NCBI GenBank assembly: GCA_044221725.1
Contig: JBGAON010000004.1
Span: forward strand, 160,001 to 224,000
Origin: Elusimicrobiota bacterium
GTDB lineage: Bacteria > Elusimicrobiota > Elusimicrobia > F11
Reading direction: 5' to 3'
DNA: 64,000 nucleotides
This document shows positions 36,922 to 45,536 of the stretch, piece after piece. The translations under genes were made by a program, and so were the position numbers. Under the pieces are notes generated by a model. That model was not told the origin of the DNA. It worked only from the letters and a program-made list of their open reading frames with translations, and ran no database searches. The stretch's first letter is position 1; every line of letters starts with the position of its first letter.

Positions 36922-37419
36922 TTATTTCGCGTGCGGCCGAATTTTCGGCGCTTCGGACCGATGTTTTTCCATTTCGTCGGAAAGATCGTTCAAGCGTGCC
37001 TCGCCCAACACACGCTCGGATTCGGGGAAAAGAATCTGTTCTTCGGACTTCATGTGCGCTTCGAGTCCCAATCGAAACAACGCAAACGTTTGCGGCCATG
37101 TGGGATCGGACTGCTTCACTTGTTGTTCAAGTTGCTCCATGTAGCCATCGATTGTTTTGTGCTCGTGCTCGAGATGTTTCACGTAGGCGAATGTCACTCC
37201 GCTGTTTTCGAAACGGGAAAGCTCTTTCGCGATGACGGGGTAGTAAAAATAATCCTCGAACCACGCGTGCAAAAGAAGGTGGTCCTTGAACAACTCAGCG
37301 ATCCGAATCAATTTGTTTTTGTCACGTGCGCCCGGTGCCGATTTGTAAATGGCATCGATGTCGCCGAGCATCTTGCGGAAAGTTTTGTGATCGCCGAGAA
37401 GACGATCGGTAATTCTCAT
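36922..37419 (-). CDS. Hemerythrin/HHE cation-binding domain protein
   Basis: L..DH, H...ED.FYYP, EH..I, H...EE..LFP; GGAAC-N16-CGTA promoter at 37470-37446. Confidence 0.85.
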   Translation of the reverse strand: MRITDRLLGDHKTFRKMLGDIDAIYKSAPGARDKNKLIRIAELFKDHLLLHAWFEDYFYYPVIAKELSRFENSGVTFAYVKHLEHEHKTIDGYMEQLEQQVKQSDPTWPQTFALFRLGLEAHMKSEEQILFPESERVLGEARLNDLSDEMEKHRSEAPKIRPHAK

Positions 37420-37526
37420 AGCGCCTCCAACCCGTTTGGTATTTCTACGTCGAGCATCATACAAGGTTCCGAAAAACAAAAGAGCCAAGCCGCGCCCGCG
37501 CCTTGGCCCTCATTTAAACTCCGCGT

Positions 37527-37991
37527 TTAGCGTTTGTTATTGATAAGTTTATTAAGAGCGTGCAGGAACGGATAAAGGCGTTTGGACAAAGGCATTTCGG
37601 AGAACGACTTTTTTGCAAGCAAACTAAATTTTTTGGGATTGGATGCGTCACGGCTGCGCTGGATGTAAATCAGCGGAATATTGCGCAAATTTTCATCGGC
37701 GTTTACAATGGCCACGAGCTGCGTACTATCGATCGCTGGAACGTCCTCGGCGAGCAGGATCAAATCCGGTTTTTGGCGTGGCTGCTCGATGTTCTTGTTA
37801 CGCAGATAATCAAGGGCATCAACACCGTCGCGTACGCTAATAACGCGATATTGGTTCCGTTCCTCGCCCAGTTCCTTGCGAACCATCACCGCGTCCATTG
37901 GGTCTTTTTCCACGTACAACACACAGATGGCGGGCGTCTCCGAGAGAGTCGGAGTTTTTTCTACCGGGCGTTGTTCTTCTTCAATGAACAT
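37527..37991 (-). CDS. Atypical single-domain response regulator receiver (phospho-Asp replaced)
   Basis: VLYVEKDPMD, DGVDALDYL, PDLILLAEDVP, LRNIPLI. Confidence 0.7.
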   Translation of the reverse strand: MFIEEEQRPVEKTPTLSETPAICVLYVEKDPMDAVMVRKELGEERNQYRVISVRDGVDALDYLRNKNIEQPRQKPDLILLAEDVPAIDSTQLVAIVNADENLRNIPLIYIQRSRDASNPKKFSLLAKKSFSEMPLSKRLYPFLHALNKLINNKR

Positions 37992-38139
37992 GTTCCAGCG
38001 TTGAAGAAATCACCGCGAATTTACAGTGCATTGACGCGTGATTTTGGTCACGTGAGCCGGCCCGTGCCGAACACTCCACATAACGGATTTGCCGCGACAG
38101 TGCCATCAATTTGTCACGGCCTAACGCTACGATTTGGGC

Positions 38140-38733
38140 ATGAGTGAACCGTTGCCCGAAGAGCGCCGAAAGTACCCACGATTTTCCGACCGCATTCTGG
38201 CTGGCGCCAAAGTCGACATGAAGCCTTGTCCGCCCCTCTTTGGCGAGCCCGTCAGCGGTTATCTTATTGACCTTTCGGCCGGTGGAATGGCGATACTGAT
38301 TCCAGATCTAATCCCGAAGAATGTTTTCTTAAAAATGACGATGATCTTACCGGACGACTTTAAGTTGGAATCAGTGGTCACCGTTCGGCGGATTATCAAG
38401 CAGGGACGTGAGAACGATTATTTGCATGGAATTGAGTTTCTGAACCCAAGCCCGGAGATGATTGAGCACATCGAAAAAGTGTCAGCGGATATTCTCTCTT
38501 GCAACGAGCGCACAAAAAAAGACGGCAAAGAAATTTGTGTCGATGCGTGCGGATTGCGTTCCGTTTGCAAACGCCCGCAATGCGCGGTGAAAAACATCCA
38601 GTCGGCGCTTATTAAGTTCACGCAGGAGCTCAAGGAACCGCCGACGAAACCGCCGGAGCCTGTTCCCGCCATCGACCATAGCGATTGGCTTAAAGTCAGG
38701 GATCAGTTCAAAAAATTCTTCGAAGCCGCGTAG
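38140..38733 (+). CDS. PilZ domain protein
   Basis: ERRKYPR and DLSAGG motifs, GIEF. Confidence 0.85.
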   Translation: MSEPLPEERRKYPRFSDRILAGAKVDMKPCPPLFGEPVSGYLIDLSAGGMAILIPDLIPKNVFLKMTMILPDDFKLESVVTVRRIIKQGRENDYLHGIEFLNPSPEMIEHIEKVSADILSCNERTKKDGKEICVDACGLRSVCKRPQCAVKNIQSALIKFTQELKEPPTKPPEPVPAIDHSDWLKVRDQFKKFFEAA

Positions 38734-38755
38734 TTGCCGGCGCCTCCGTGTTTGT

Positions 38756-39328
38756 TTATAGCTTCCACTTGGGTCGAACGTAGTGGCACGTGTAACCCCC
38801 CGGATGTTTCTGGAGATAATCCTGGTGGTATTCTTCGGCACTCCAAAAATCCGACGCCGGAACAACTTGGGTGACGACCGGTCCTGGCCATTTTTTCGAT
38901 GCATCGATTTCTTTGATCAGGTTTTCAGCCGTCTTTTTCTGCTCGTCGTTTAAATAGAAGATGGCCGAGCGATAGGACGTCCCGATATCGTTCCCTTGGC
39001 GATTCCTTGTGGTGGGATCATGAACCTGAAAAAAATATTCGAGTAGCGCCTGGTACGACGTGTTCTTCGGATCAAACGTAATCTTAATCGCTTCGGCGTG
39101 TGAGCCGTGGTTTTCATAAGTGGCATTTTTAACATCGCCCCCCGTGTACCCGACTTCGGTGTGCGTCACGCCCGGTTGCTGGCGGAACAACTCTTCGAGC
39201 CCCCAAAAACATCCACCCGCTAAAATTGCTGTTTCGGTCATCTTTTTCTCCTTGGTCTGTGCAAACGCGGTTAGCGGAAGCAACAGCGCCACAATGGCGG
39301 TAACAATAAGTGACGTTGTTTTTTTCAT
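38756..39328 (-). CDS. msrA: Peptide-methionine (S)-S-oxide reductase
   Basis: [31 protein letters not shown]. Confidence 0.96.
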   Translation of the reverse strand: MKKTTSLIVTAIVALLLPLTAFAQTKEKKMTETAILAGGCFWGLEELFRQQPGVTHTEVGYTGGDVKNATYENHGSHAEAIKITFDPKNTSYQALLEYFFQVHDPTTRNRQGNDIGTSYRSAIFYLNDEQKKTAENLIKEIDASKKWPGPVVTQVVPASDFWSAEEYHQDYLQKHPGGYTCHYVRPKWKL

Positions 39329-39355
39329 ATTGGAATTTCTCTACGTTGAACGAAC

Positions 39356-39775
39356 CTATTTTCGTGCCACGAAAAAAGCTCCGGTGAGCATCATCGCGAC
39401 ACCGAGCCATTGCATGGCGTTCAATCGTTCCCCAAGAAATGTGATTGATAGTCCGATCGCAACGATCATGCTCAACTTATCGATCGGACTGATGAGCGAG
39501 GCCGGGCCCAGCTGCAGCGCGCGGTAATAACACATCCACGACAACCCGGTGGCGATTCCGGACAGTGTAAGAAATGTCACCGTATGAAGCGTAAGCGATC
39601 GCACGCTCGACCATTCGCCGCGGGCGATCACGATCGCGACGAGAAACGGAAAAATGGCGGTGGTTCGAATCAATGTGGCCAAATTCGATGGGATGCCTTG
39701 TACGCCGATTTTTCCGAGAAGCGCGGTTGTTCCCGCGAAAAACGCGGAGCCAAGCGCGAGCATTCGCCAATCCAT
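39356..39775 (-). CDS. EamA/DMT family small transporter
   Basis: KIGVQGIPSNLATLIRT, SGIATGLSW..YYRALQ, PIDKLS. Confidence 0.88.
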   Translation of the reverse strand: MDWRMLALGSAFFAGTTALLGKIGVQGIPSNLATLIRTTAIFPFLVAIVIARGEWSSVRSLTLHTVTFLTLSGIATGLSWMCYYRALQLGPASLISPIDKLSMIVAIGLSITFLGERLNAMQWLGVAMMLTGAFFVARK

Positions 39776-39884
39776 TATTCGCAACCCAAAATGCCGAACA
39801 AAACTAAAATCATTTCCGCATTTTTGAAAATTAAAAAGCGGAGAAGTTGAAAATTCGTCTGCCGGAAGAAGGCTTGAGGGCGCA

Positions 39885-40955
39885 TCAATATTTTTCGATG
39901 TCTCCGGCCGAGGGCAGAATGTCTTTAAACGTTGTGCCATAGATTTCCCAGATTGTGAGAAAGAGCACCGCGAGCAGGGGGCCGAGAATAAAACCGGAGA
40001 GGCCCATCATCGCCAAACCACCGACGGTGCTGATGAAGACCATGAGTTCTGGCATTTCGGTTTCTTTGCCCACGAGGATAGGGCGCAAAACATTGTCCGC
40101 GCTCCCAACGACGAGCGCGCACCACAGAAACACCAGCACGGCGGCCACCGTTTGGCCTTTCACATAGAGATAAACGCATGCCGGCAGCCAAACGAGAGCG
40201 GACCCGATGTTCGGTACCATCGACAGTACGGCCATCACGGTGCCCCAGAAAAGTGCGCTCGGCACACCGGCGACCCACAATGCGAGGCCCGCCAGCGCGC
40301 CTTGAACCACACCGATTACAAAAAGTCCTTTGATGGTCGCGCGCGCCATGGAGCGAAATCCGTTCACCAATTTTTTCTCGTCTCGGTTTTCGAGCGGCAG
40401 GTAGTAAAGAATTTTGTTGAGAATAGAGGGTCCGCTGATAAAAAAGAAAAACATCGCGTACAGCATAATCGCAAAATTCAGAAAAAATACGAGCGTGCCG
40501 GCCGTAAAAGCGGATGCGCGCCGGAAGATAAAATTTCCGAGTCCGCCCACGACCCCTGAGACCTTGGTCAAAATCGCGTCGCGGTACGGTTTGACGTATT
40601 GGTAACCAGGCAATTGAACAATGTGTTCGTTCAGCTCGTCCCTCGTTAAGTTTTCTTGAGCCCACGGCACGACGTCTTGCGTCACCTTTACCGCTTGGTT
40701 GGCCACAATCCCAACGAATCCAAAGAGCGGCAGAATGACCAGCAAAACAAAAGCCAGCAACGTCAATCCGGAAGCAATGCCGGCGCGTTTGCGCACCACT
40801 CCCAGGATTCGCAGGTAAAGAGGCCGCATCAAGCTCGAGAAAATCGCCGCAAACAAGAGCGTGATTAGGAAATCGCTGATCATCCAAACAAACGCACTGC
40901 TGATCACGAGCACAAGCAGCAACAACGCTGAACGCTGGAATTTTTCCGATGTCAT
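39885..40955 (-). CDS. AI-2E family transporter
   Basis: QGALAG, PNIGSALVW, DNVLRP, STVGG...G...GP; GAAC-N16-CGTA promoter at 41007-40984. Confidence 0.9.
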   Translation of the reverse strand: MTSEKFQRSALLLLVLVISSAFVWMISDFLITLLFAAIFSSLMRPLYLRILGVVRKRAGIASGLTLLAFVLLVILPLFGFVGIVANQAVKVTQDVVPWAQENLTRDELNEHIVQLPGYQYVKPYRDAILTKVSGVVGGLGNFIFRRASAFTAGTLVFFLNFAIMLYAMFFFFISGPSILNKILYYLPLENRDEKKLVNGFRSMARATIKGLFVIGVVQGALAGLALWVAGVPSALFWGTVMAVLSMVPNIGSALVWLPACVYLYVKGQTVAAVLVFLWCALVVGSADNVLRPILVGKETEMPELMVFISTVGGLAMMGLSGFILGPLLAVLFLTIWEIYGTTFKDILPSAGDIEKY

Positions 40956-41005
40956 TTACGCAGCCTCCTGTTCTATGCCGCCTTACGGGCGAAAGATGGG
41001 TTGGT

Positions 41006-41425
41006 TCATGGTTTTGGCGGGCGCTGATCGAACTTCGGAAGTGCTTCGGGATCCACGTACCATTCTCCATGCAGCGGCCAAAAAATATTTGCTTGAGGGC
41101 GGATTGGGGGAGTGGATTCGAGAAGTCCGGCTTGCACCATCCAGCGCACCCCGTCGCGCGCGAAGCGCGGCACCGGAGACCCGCAGGTTTTGCAAAACGC
41201 GCGCGGATAATTTTCGGCCTGCTTGTGGATGAACAGCGTTATGTTGTCTTCGCCGGCGATCCACCGAAAACGGTCTCGCTGCATAAAAATGTTGGCCGAA
41301 TGCGCGGAGCCCGTCGAGCGTTGGCATCGCTCGCAGTGGCAGTACCAAAATCCCAAAAATGGCGGTGTGATTTCGAATTGCACGGTGCCGCACAAACAGC
41401 TGCCAAGAGTTGATTTGTCGCTCAT
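41006..41425 (-). CDS. GFA family protein
   Basis: GSCLCG, CHCERCQR, FCKTCGS. Confidence 0.9.
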   Translation of the reverse strand: MSDKSTLGSCLCGTVQFEITPPFLGFWYCHCERCQRSTGSAHSANIFMQRDRFRWIAGEDNITLFIHKQAENYPRAFCKTCGSPVPRFARDGVRWMVQAGLLESTPPIRPQANIFWPLHGEWYVDPEALPKFDQRPPKP

Positions 41426-41532
41426 AGAAAACGAATTGTAGCACGTCCTCCGCCAAGAAGATGGCGAAGTGAACGCGCTCGGGAAACGCTGCGTAGGTTT
41501 AGGAGAGAATGTAATGAGAAAGGAACATCAAC

Positions 41533-41889
41533 ATGACGAAAAAGAAAAACACACGACTAAAAAAATCGGGCGATGAGAAAGGAATTGAGTACGCGGCGGC
41601 GCAGCCCGGAGAAAACGAAAAGCCAACGTTCACGAGCGTCTACGACGATGCAGCGCTTGCGAGCGGTCCAGACGTGAAAGACGCCGACGTGAGCAGTGGC
41701 CGTACGAAAGACGCGAATATCATCGGGGTCAGCGTGGAAGAAACGCGCGTGAATTGGAGTGAGACGCCTGATATTGAGGCAGGTCAGCAACGCGAATCAA
41801 ATGAGCAGCACAAGACTTCACGTCGCCTCACCAAACAGGAAAAAGCCGAAGGAAAAATGCGCACCGGCGCCGCGCGCCGCCACCGATAA
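41533..41889 (+). CDS. Small hydrophilic hypothetical protein
   Basis: AAGGA SD; GAAC-N17-CGTA promoter at 41471-41495. Confidence 0.6.
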   Translation: MTKKKNTRLKKSGDEKGIEYAAAQPGENEKPTFTSVYDDAALASGPDVKDADVSSGRTKDANIIGVSVEETRVNWSETPDIEAGQQRESNEQHKTSRRLTKQEKAEGKMRTGAARRHR

Positions 41890-42067
41890 TTACTATTCCG
41901 CTTCCGCGCGAGGGTTCGAAATCCTTTTTTCCAACATCGCTTTGTAGTCGACCGGCGTACCGTCGAACAGCCGCATCCGAGCGGTACAGGCGGCCGACGG
42001 CCGCGAGAATCCAAGTGACCGCTAGAACTGCTGTGAGGACAAATACCGTCGCTTTATTTCCCTTCAT
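41828..42067 (-). CDS. Small hypothetical membrane-anchored protein
   Basis: N-terminal TM segment; overlaps the convergent gene by about 60 nt. Confidence 0.35.
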   Translation of the reverse strand: MKGNKATVFVLTAVLAVTWILAAVGRLYRSDAAVRRYAGRLQSDVGKKDFEPSRGSGIVIIGGGARRRCAFFLRLFPVW

Positions 42068-42120
42068 TTTCGACGGGCCTTAGAACTTAAATGAAGGAAT
42101 GGAACGAAGCGGGAGTTTGA

Positions 42121-42420
42121 TTAGGCGGCGCTCTCGCGATTCATTCGGTCGTTTCCTTCGAGCTTCACGAGCTTGTTGTAAATTCCCAACAACAAGAACG
42201 TTGGGACCCACAGTCCAACGAAATTGGGCGATGTCCGGCGCCCAGCGAAAATTCTTAGTCCTGCCGAAAAGACCATGCTCGCAATACCGAGGCTCAGATA
42301 AAACACGGAAGGCACCTTTGCTGTTTGATTCTCAATCCTCTTTGTCCATTTTCCTTCGACGGGCGGGCGGTTCATCATTTCTTCGGTGGCGTTCGTGCCT
42401 TTTTCTTTTAAATCGTTCAT
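42121..42420 (-). CDS. Small two-TM hypothetical protein
   Basis: EG..TK.IE.QTAKVPS...NFVGLWVPTFLLLGIYNKLVK; AAGGAGG SD. Confidence 0.8.
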   Translation of the reverse strand: MNDLKEKGTNATEEMMNRPPVEGKWTKRIENQTAKVPSVFYLSLGIASMVFSAGLRIFAGRRTSPNFVGLWVPTFLLLGIYNKLVKLEGNDRMNRESAA

Positions 42421-42449
42421 AAATCCTCCTTGATTCGTTGTAACCCTGT

Positions 42450-42502
42450 TACGAACGAAGTTGGCGTGCGGTTCTAAAAAACGATTTTTCATCTCTCTCG
42501 TA
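42450..42502. promoter_or_regulatory. Back-to-back divergent ECF-type promoters (minus GAAC-N17-CGTA 42474-42450; plus AAAC-N16-CGTA 42479-42502)
   Basis: Same architecture as 8923-8977. Confidence 0.65.
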
Positions 42503-42533
42503 TGTTGTTTAACGAAACTTAGAGGAGCGTGTT

Positions 42534-43046
42534 ATGAATCGATTATTCAAGACATACGTGGGCGCAGCATTTGTGGGCGCGAGTTTGATGCCGAGGTCCT
42601 ATGGCCGGGCGGCGGATTCTCCGGCGGCGGCCCAGAAAGCCGATCAGAACGTTATTGAAAGAACGAACGACGATGTCCGCGATGCCGCGCAGGATCTCAA
42701 ACAACAAGGCGAAGATCAGCGCAAGGCTGGGCAGAAAATTGAAAACAAAGGAAGAAAAGACGCTGAAGCGTTGCGGTACGATACGCGCAGCGTTAGCGAG
42801 TTAAACGATAGCGTTGCGAGAAAAAGAAGCCAAGCAAACGATTACGAAGCGAAAGGGCGCTTGGACCTTGCCCAAAAGTTGCGCAGCGAAGCAAACGACG
42901 AAGAAAATCGCAGCCGCAGCCTGCAAAATGATCTGGTCGGAAAAGACCAAGCGGCTCAAGAGCGCCAGCAGCGTGGGCAAGAACTGCAACAGCGCGGAAG
43001 CCAAGCGGCGCAAGAAGGCGAAGCGGCGTACGAGCAGGCGCGGTAA
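42534..43046 (+). CDS. Exported coiled-coil hydrophilic protein
   Basis: Signal peptide then Q/E/K/A-rich helical sequence. Confidence 0.7.
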   Translation: MNRLFKTYVGAAFVGASLMPRSYGRAADSPAAAQKADQNVIERTNDDVRDAAQDLKQQGEDQRKAGQKIENKGRKDAEALRYDTRSVSELNDSVARKRSQANDYEAKGRLDLAQKLRSEANDEENRSRSLQNDLVGKDQAAQERQQRGQELQQRGSQAAQEGEAAYEQAR

Positions 43047-43074
43047 GCGCATTACCGCGTCCAGCGCGCTACCG

Positions 43075-44235
43075 TTAGGGTCGCGCCCAGGCGCTGCCGA
43101 CTTGGATATAGACCGCAACATTGTCAGGACCAACGGCGAAGTCCAACCCGGTGTGCAGTCCATAGCTTCGCGCAAGTTCGTAGCGGAAGCCTGTGCCACC
43201 GGTAACAATGGTTTGTGTATTTTTTCTTTGATCCAAATCGTTCCATGCCGCGCCGCCCCCGACGAATCCGATCAAGCTGAACCGCTTCCAGCATTGCCAT
43301 CGCAGCTCGGAATCGATTTGTGCCATTTCCTCGCCTTGGTAGCGCAACACCGGCGCTCCGCGAAGATTGATATAGGGGTGCAAATAGAACGGGGCGCTGC
43401 CAAAGCTCGCAGCGCCGTCGGCGCGTACGCCGAGAAAAAGTTTTGAGCTGATTGGCACGAACTGCATTGCCACGCAGCTCGCTCGCTGAAAATCTTCATC
43501 GCCCCCAAATGCTGGATCAAAAAAACCGGCGGAAGCTTCGAGATAGGTACCTTTGTTGGGTGTAAAAAAATTGTCGCGCGTATCAAACGTCAACGATGGT
43601 GTAAAACCGCCCACGGTGGATACGCGGGAAACGGCCGGTTCGCTTTGCGTTCTGGTGGTTTCCTGGAATTTCACGACCGTTTCTGCGAGCGCATAATTCA
43701 ATCCCACCCACAAACGCGAATCGCCAAACCGGTACTTTAGACGAGCTGTTCCACCTTTCGGCTCGAGGTTGTATCGCAACGGGTCGTTTTTTAACGAGGG
43801 ATCTTTACCGATACCGTAGTAGTCTAAGTTTGCTGACGCATAGACAAAGCCAACCATCGTTTGAAGGTGTTCATCAAACCAATGGCGAATGTCGCCGGCA
43901 AATGTTCCCCAGGTTCCGTTTTCAGTGCCAAATCCTCCGGCCATCGAAATGTTGGGTCGCCCGAGTCCCAGCCTTTTGGACGGCAATGGCTTACTGAGAA
44001 ACATAACGCCCAGACCGCCGCCGTAACCGACCGCGGGCTCGGTGACGACGATGGGAATAGGCACAAATCCATATTTTTCTTCCAAGAATTCGCTTGCATC
44101 GAACGCATTGTCATCGGGCGATCGAAATTTTGATTCTGCGAAAATCAACGACGCGCACAGCATTAGCGCCAGAAATAAAAATACCTCCCGCCGATGATTC
44201 CATCCATTTGGAACATTCACACTTAGTAAAAACAT
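43075..44235 (-). CDS. BamA/TamA (Omp85)-like outer-membrane protein
   Basis: FDTRDNFFTPNKG, LRG, GTGFRY, terminal YIQVGSAW; start at TAATG overlap. Confidence 0.75.
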   Translation of the reverse strand: MFLLSVNVPNGWNHRREVFLFLALMLCASLIFAESKFRSPDDNAFDASEFLEEKYGFVPIPIVVTEPAVGYGGGLGVMFLSKPLPSKRLGLGRPNISMAGGFGTENGTWGTFAGDIRHWFDEHLQTMVGFVYASANLDYYGIGKDPSLKNDPLRYNLEPKGGTARLKYRFGDSRLWVGLNYALAETVVKFQETTRTQSEPAVSRVSTVGGFTPSLTFDTRDNFFTPNKGTYLEASAGFFDPAFGGDEDFQRASCVAMQFVPISSKLFLGVRADGAASFGSAPFYLHPYINLRGAPVLRYQGEEMAQIDSELRWQCWKRFSLIGFVGGGAAWNDLDQRKNTQTIVTGGTGFRYELARSYGLHTGLDFAVGPDNVAVYIQVGSAWARP

Positions 44236-45467
44236 TAGTGAAGACTCGCCATCGCGCGGCCGGCCAGCCACGACGTGGTCCACGCGTTTTGGAAATTAAA
44301 ACCTCCGGTGACCGCATCGATATCCAAGACTTCGCCGGCGAAATACAATCCGCGTTGAATGCGGCTCTCCATGGTTCGAAAATTCACTTCGTCCAATTTC
44401 ACCCCGCCGCACGTTACAAACTCTTCTTTGAATGGGTTTTGTCCGCGCACCATGTAGCGACCGCGCGTGAGGGCGTCGGCGATGCCGGTCATGTGCTCGC
44501 GTGAAAGTGCCGCCCACGTCAAATTTCCTGGAACGCCGGCGGATTCGAACAACCGTTCCCACAATCGGCGCGGCGTCCCAAACGTGGGCACCGAGGCCAC
44601 GAGTTTTTTCGCGAATTCGTTCTTAATATCTCGCAGACCCTTTTCAATAGCAGCCGGTTTCCATCCAATCCAGTCGACGGTAATCTCCACGTGATAGCCG
44701 GCGTCAAAGAATTCGCGCGCGCCCCACGCGGACAATTTCAAAACCGCCGGGCCGCTAAGCCCGTGATGCGTGATGAGAAGCGCTCCCGTTTGCTTCAGTT
44801 TTGTTCCGGCCACGCTGAGTTCGGCTTTCGGAACGGAAATACCCTCCAGTCCGCGGAGGCGTTTGTCGGGAATGTGAAACGTGAACAGCGATGGCACGGG
44901 CTTTGTTACCGTGTGGCCCAATCTTTCAGCCCACTGCCAGCCGCGCCGGCCGCTGCCGGTGGCGAGCAAAACTTTTTTTGTGTGCAACGCTTCGTCTTTT
45001 CCGATCGTCACGCGAAAACCGCCTTCTTCGGCGGTCACCGCCGACACGTCACAATGCGTGCGCAGTTCGATACCGCTCGCCCGCGCGGCGTCCATCAATG
45101 CGTTCACGATTGATTGCGAGGAATCGGTGACGGGGAACATGCGACCATCCTCTTCGGTCTTCAGCGGAACGCCGCGCTTTTCGAACCATGCCACCGTGTG
45201 TTTCGGCTGAAAATGGTGAAACGGGCCGAGCAATTCCTTCTTTCCGCGCGGATAAGCATTCACGAGAATTTTCGGATCAAAACACGCGTGCGTAACGTTG
45301 CATCGGCCGCCGCCCGAAAGTTTTACTTTGGCGAGCGGATTCTGCCCCTGTTCAAGAATAACGATGGCCTGTCCGGGTTTGGCTTCGGCGCAACTGATTG
45401 CGCCAAAAAAGCCGGCCGCTCCGCCGCCAATGACGATCACGTCATAAGATGAGGTGGTATTTTTCAC
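44235..45467 (-). CDS. HI0933/YhiN family flavoprotein
   Basis: GGGAAG, SGGGRCNVTH, GRMFP, FVTCGGV, GEVLDIDAVTGGFNFQ. Confidence 0.93.
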   Translation of the reverse strand: MKNTTSSYDVIVIGGGAAGFFGAISCAEAKPGQAIVILEQGQNPLAKVKLSGGGRCNVTHACFDPKILVNAYPRGKKELLGPFHHFQPKHTVAWFEKRGVPLKTEEDGRMFPVTDSSQSIVNALMDAARASGIELRTHCDVSAVTAEEGGFRVTIGKDEALHTKKVLLATGSGRRGWQWAERLGHTVTKPVPSLFTFHIPDKRLRGLEGISVPKAELSVAGTKLKQTGALLITHHGLSGPAVLKLSAWGAREFFDAGYHVEITVDWIGWKPAAIEKGLRDIKNEFAKKLVASVPTFGTPRRLWERLFESAGVPGNLTWAALSREHMTGIADALTRGRYMVRGQNPFKEEFVTCGGVKLDEVNFRTMESRIQRGLYFAGEVLDIDAVTGGFNFQNAWTTSWLAGRAMASLH

Positions 45468-45536
45468 TGCGCGCAGTATCGCTTATGCTCCGTCCCGACG
45501 CAAAACGTCGATCATTGTGCTATACGTCAATGCGTT

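Noticed and set aside
39343..39368. ECF-type promoter for msrA (GCAC-N18-CGTA)
   Set aside because: Both the -35 and the spacing deviate from the consensus; not counted in the regulon.
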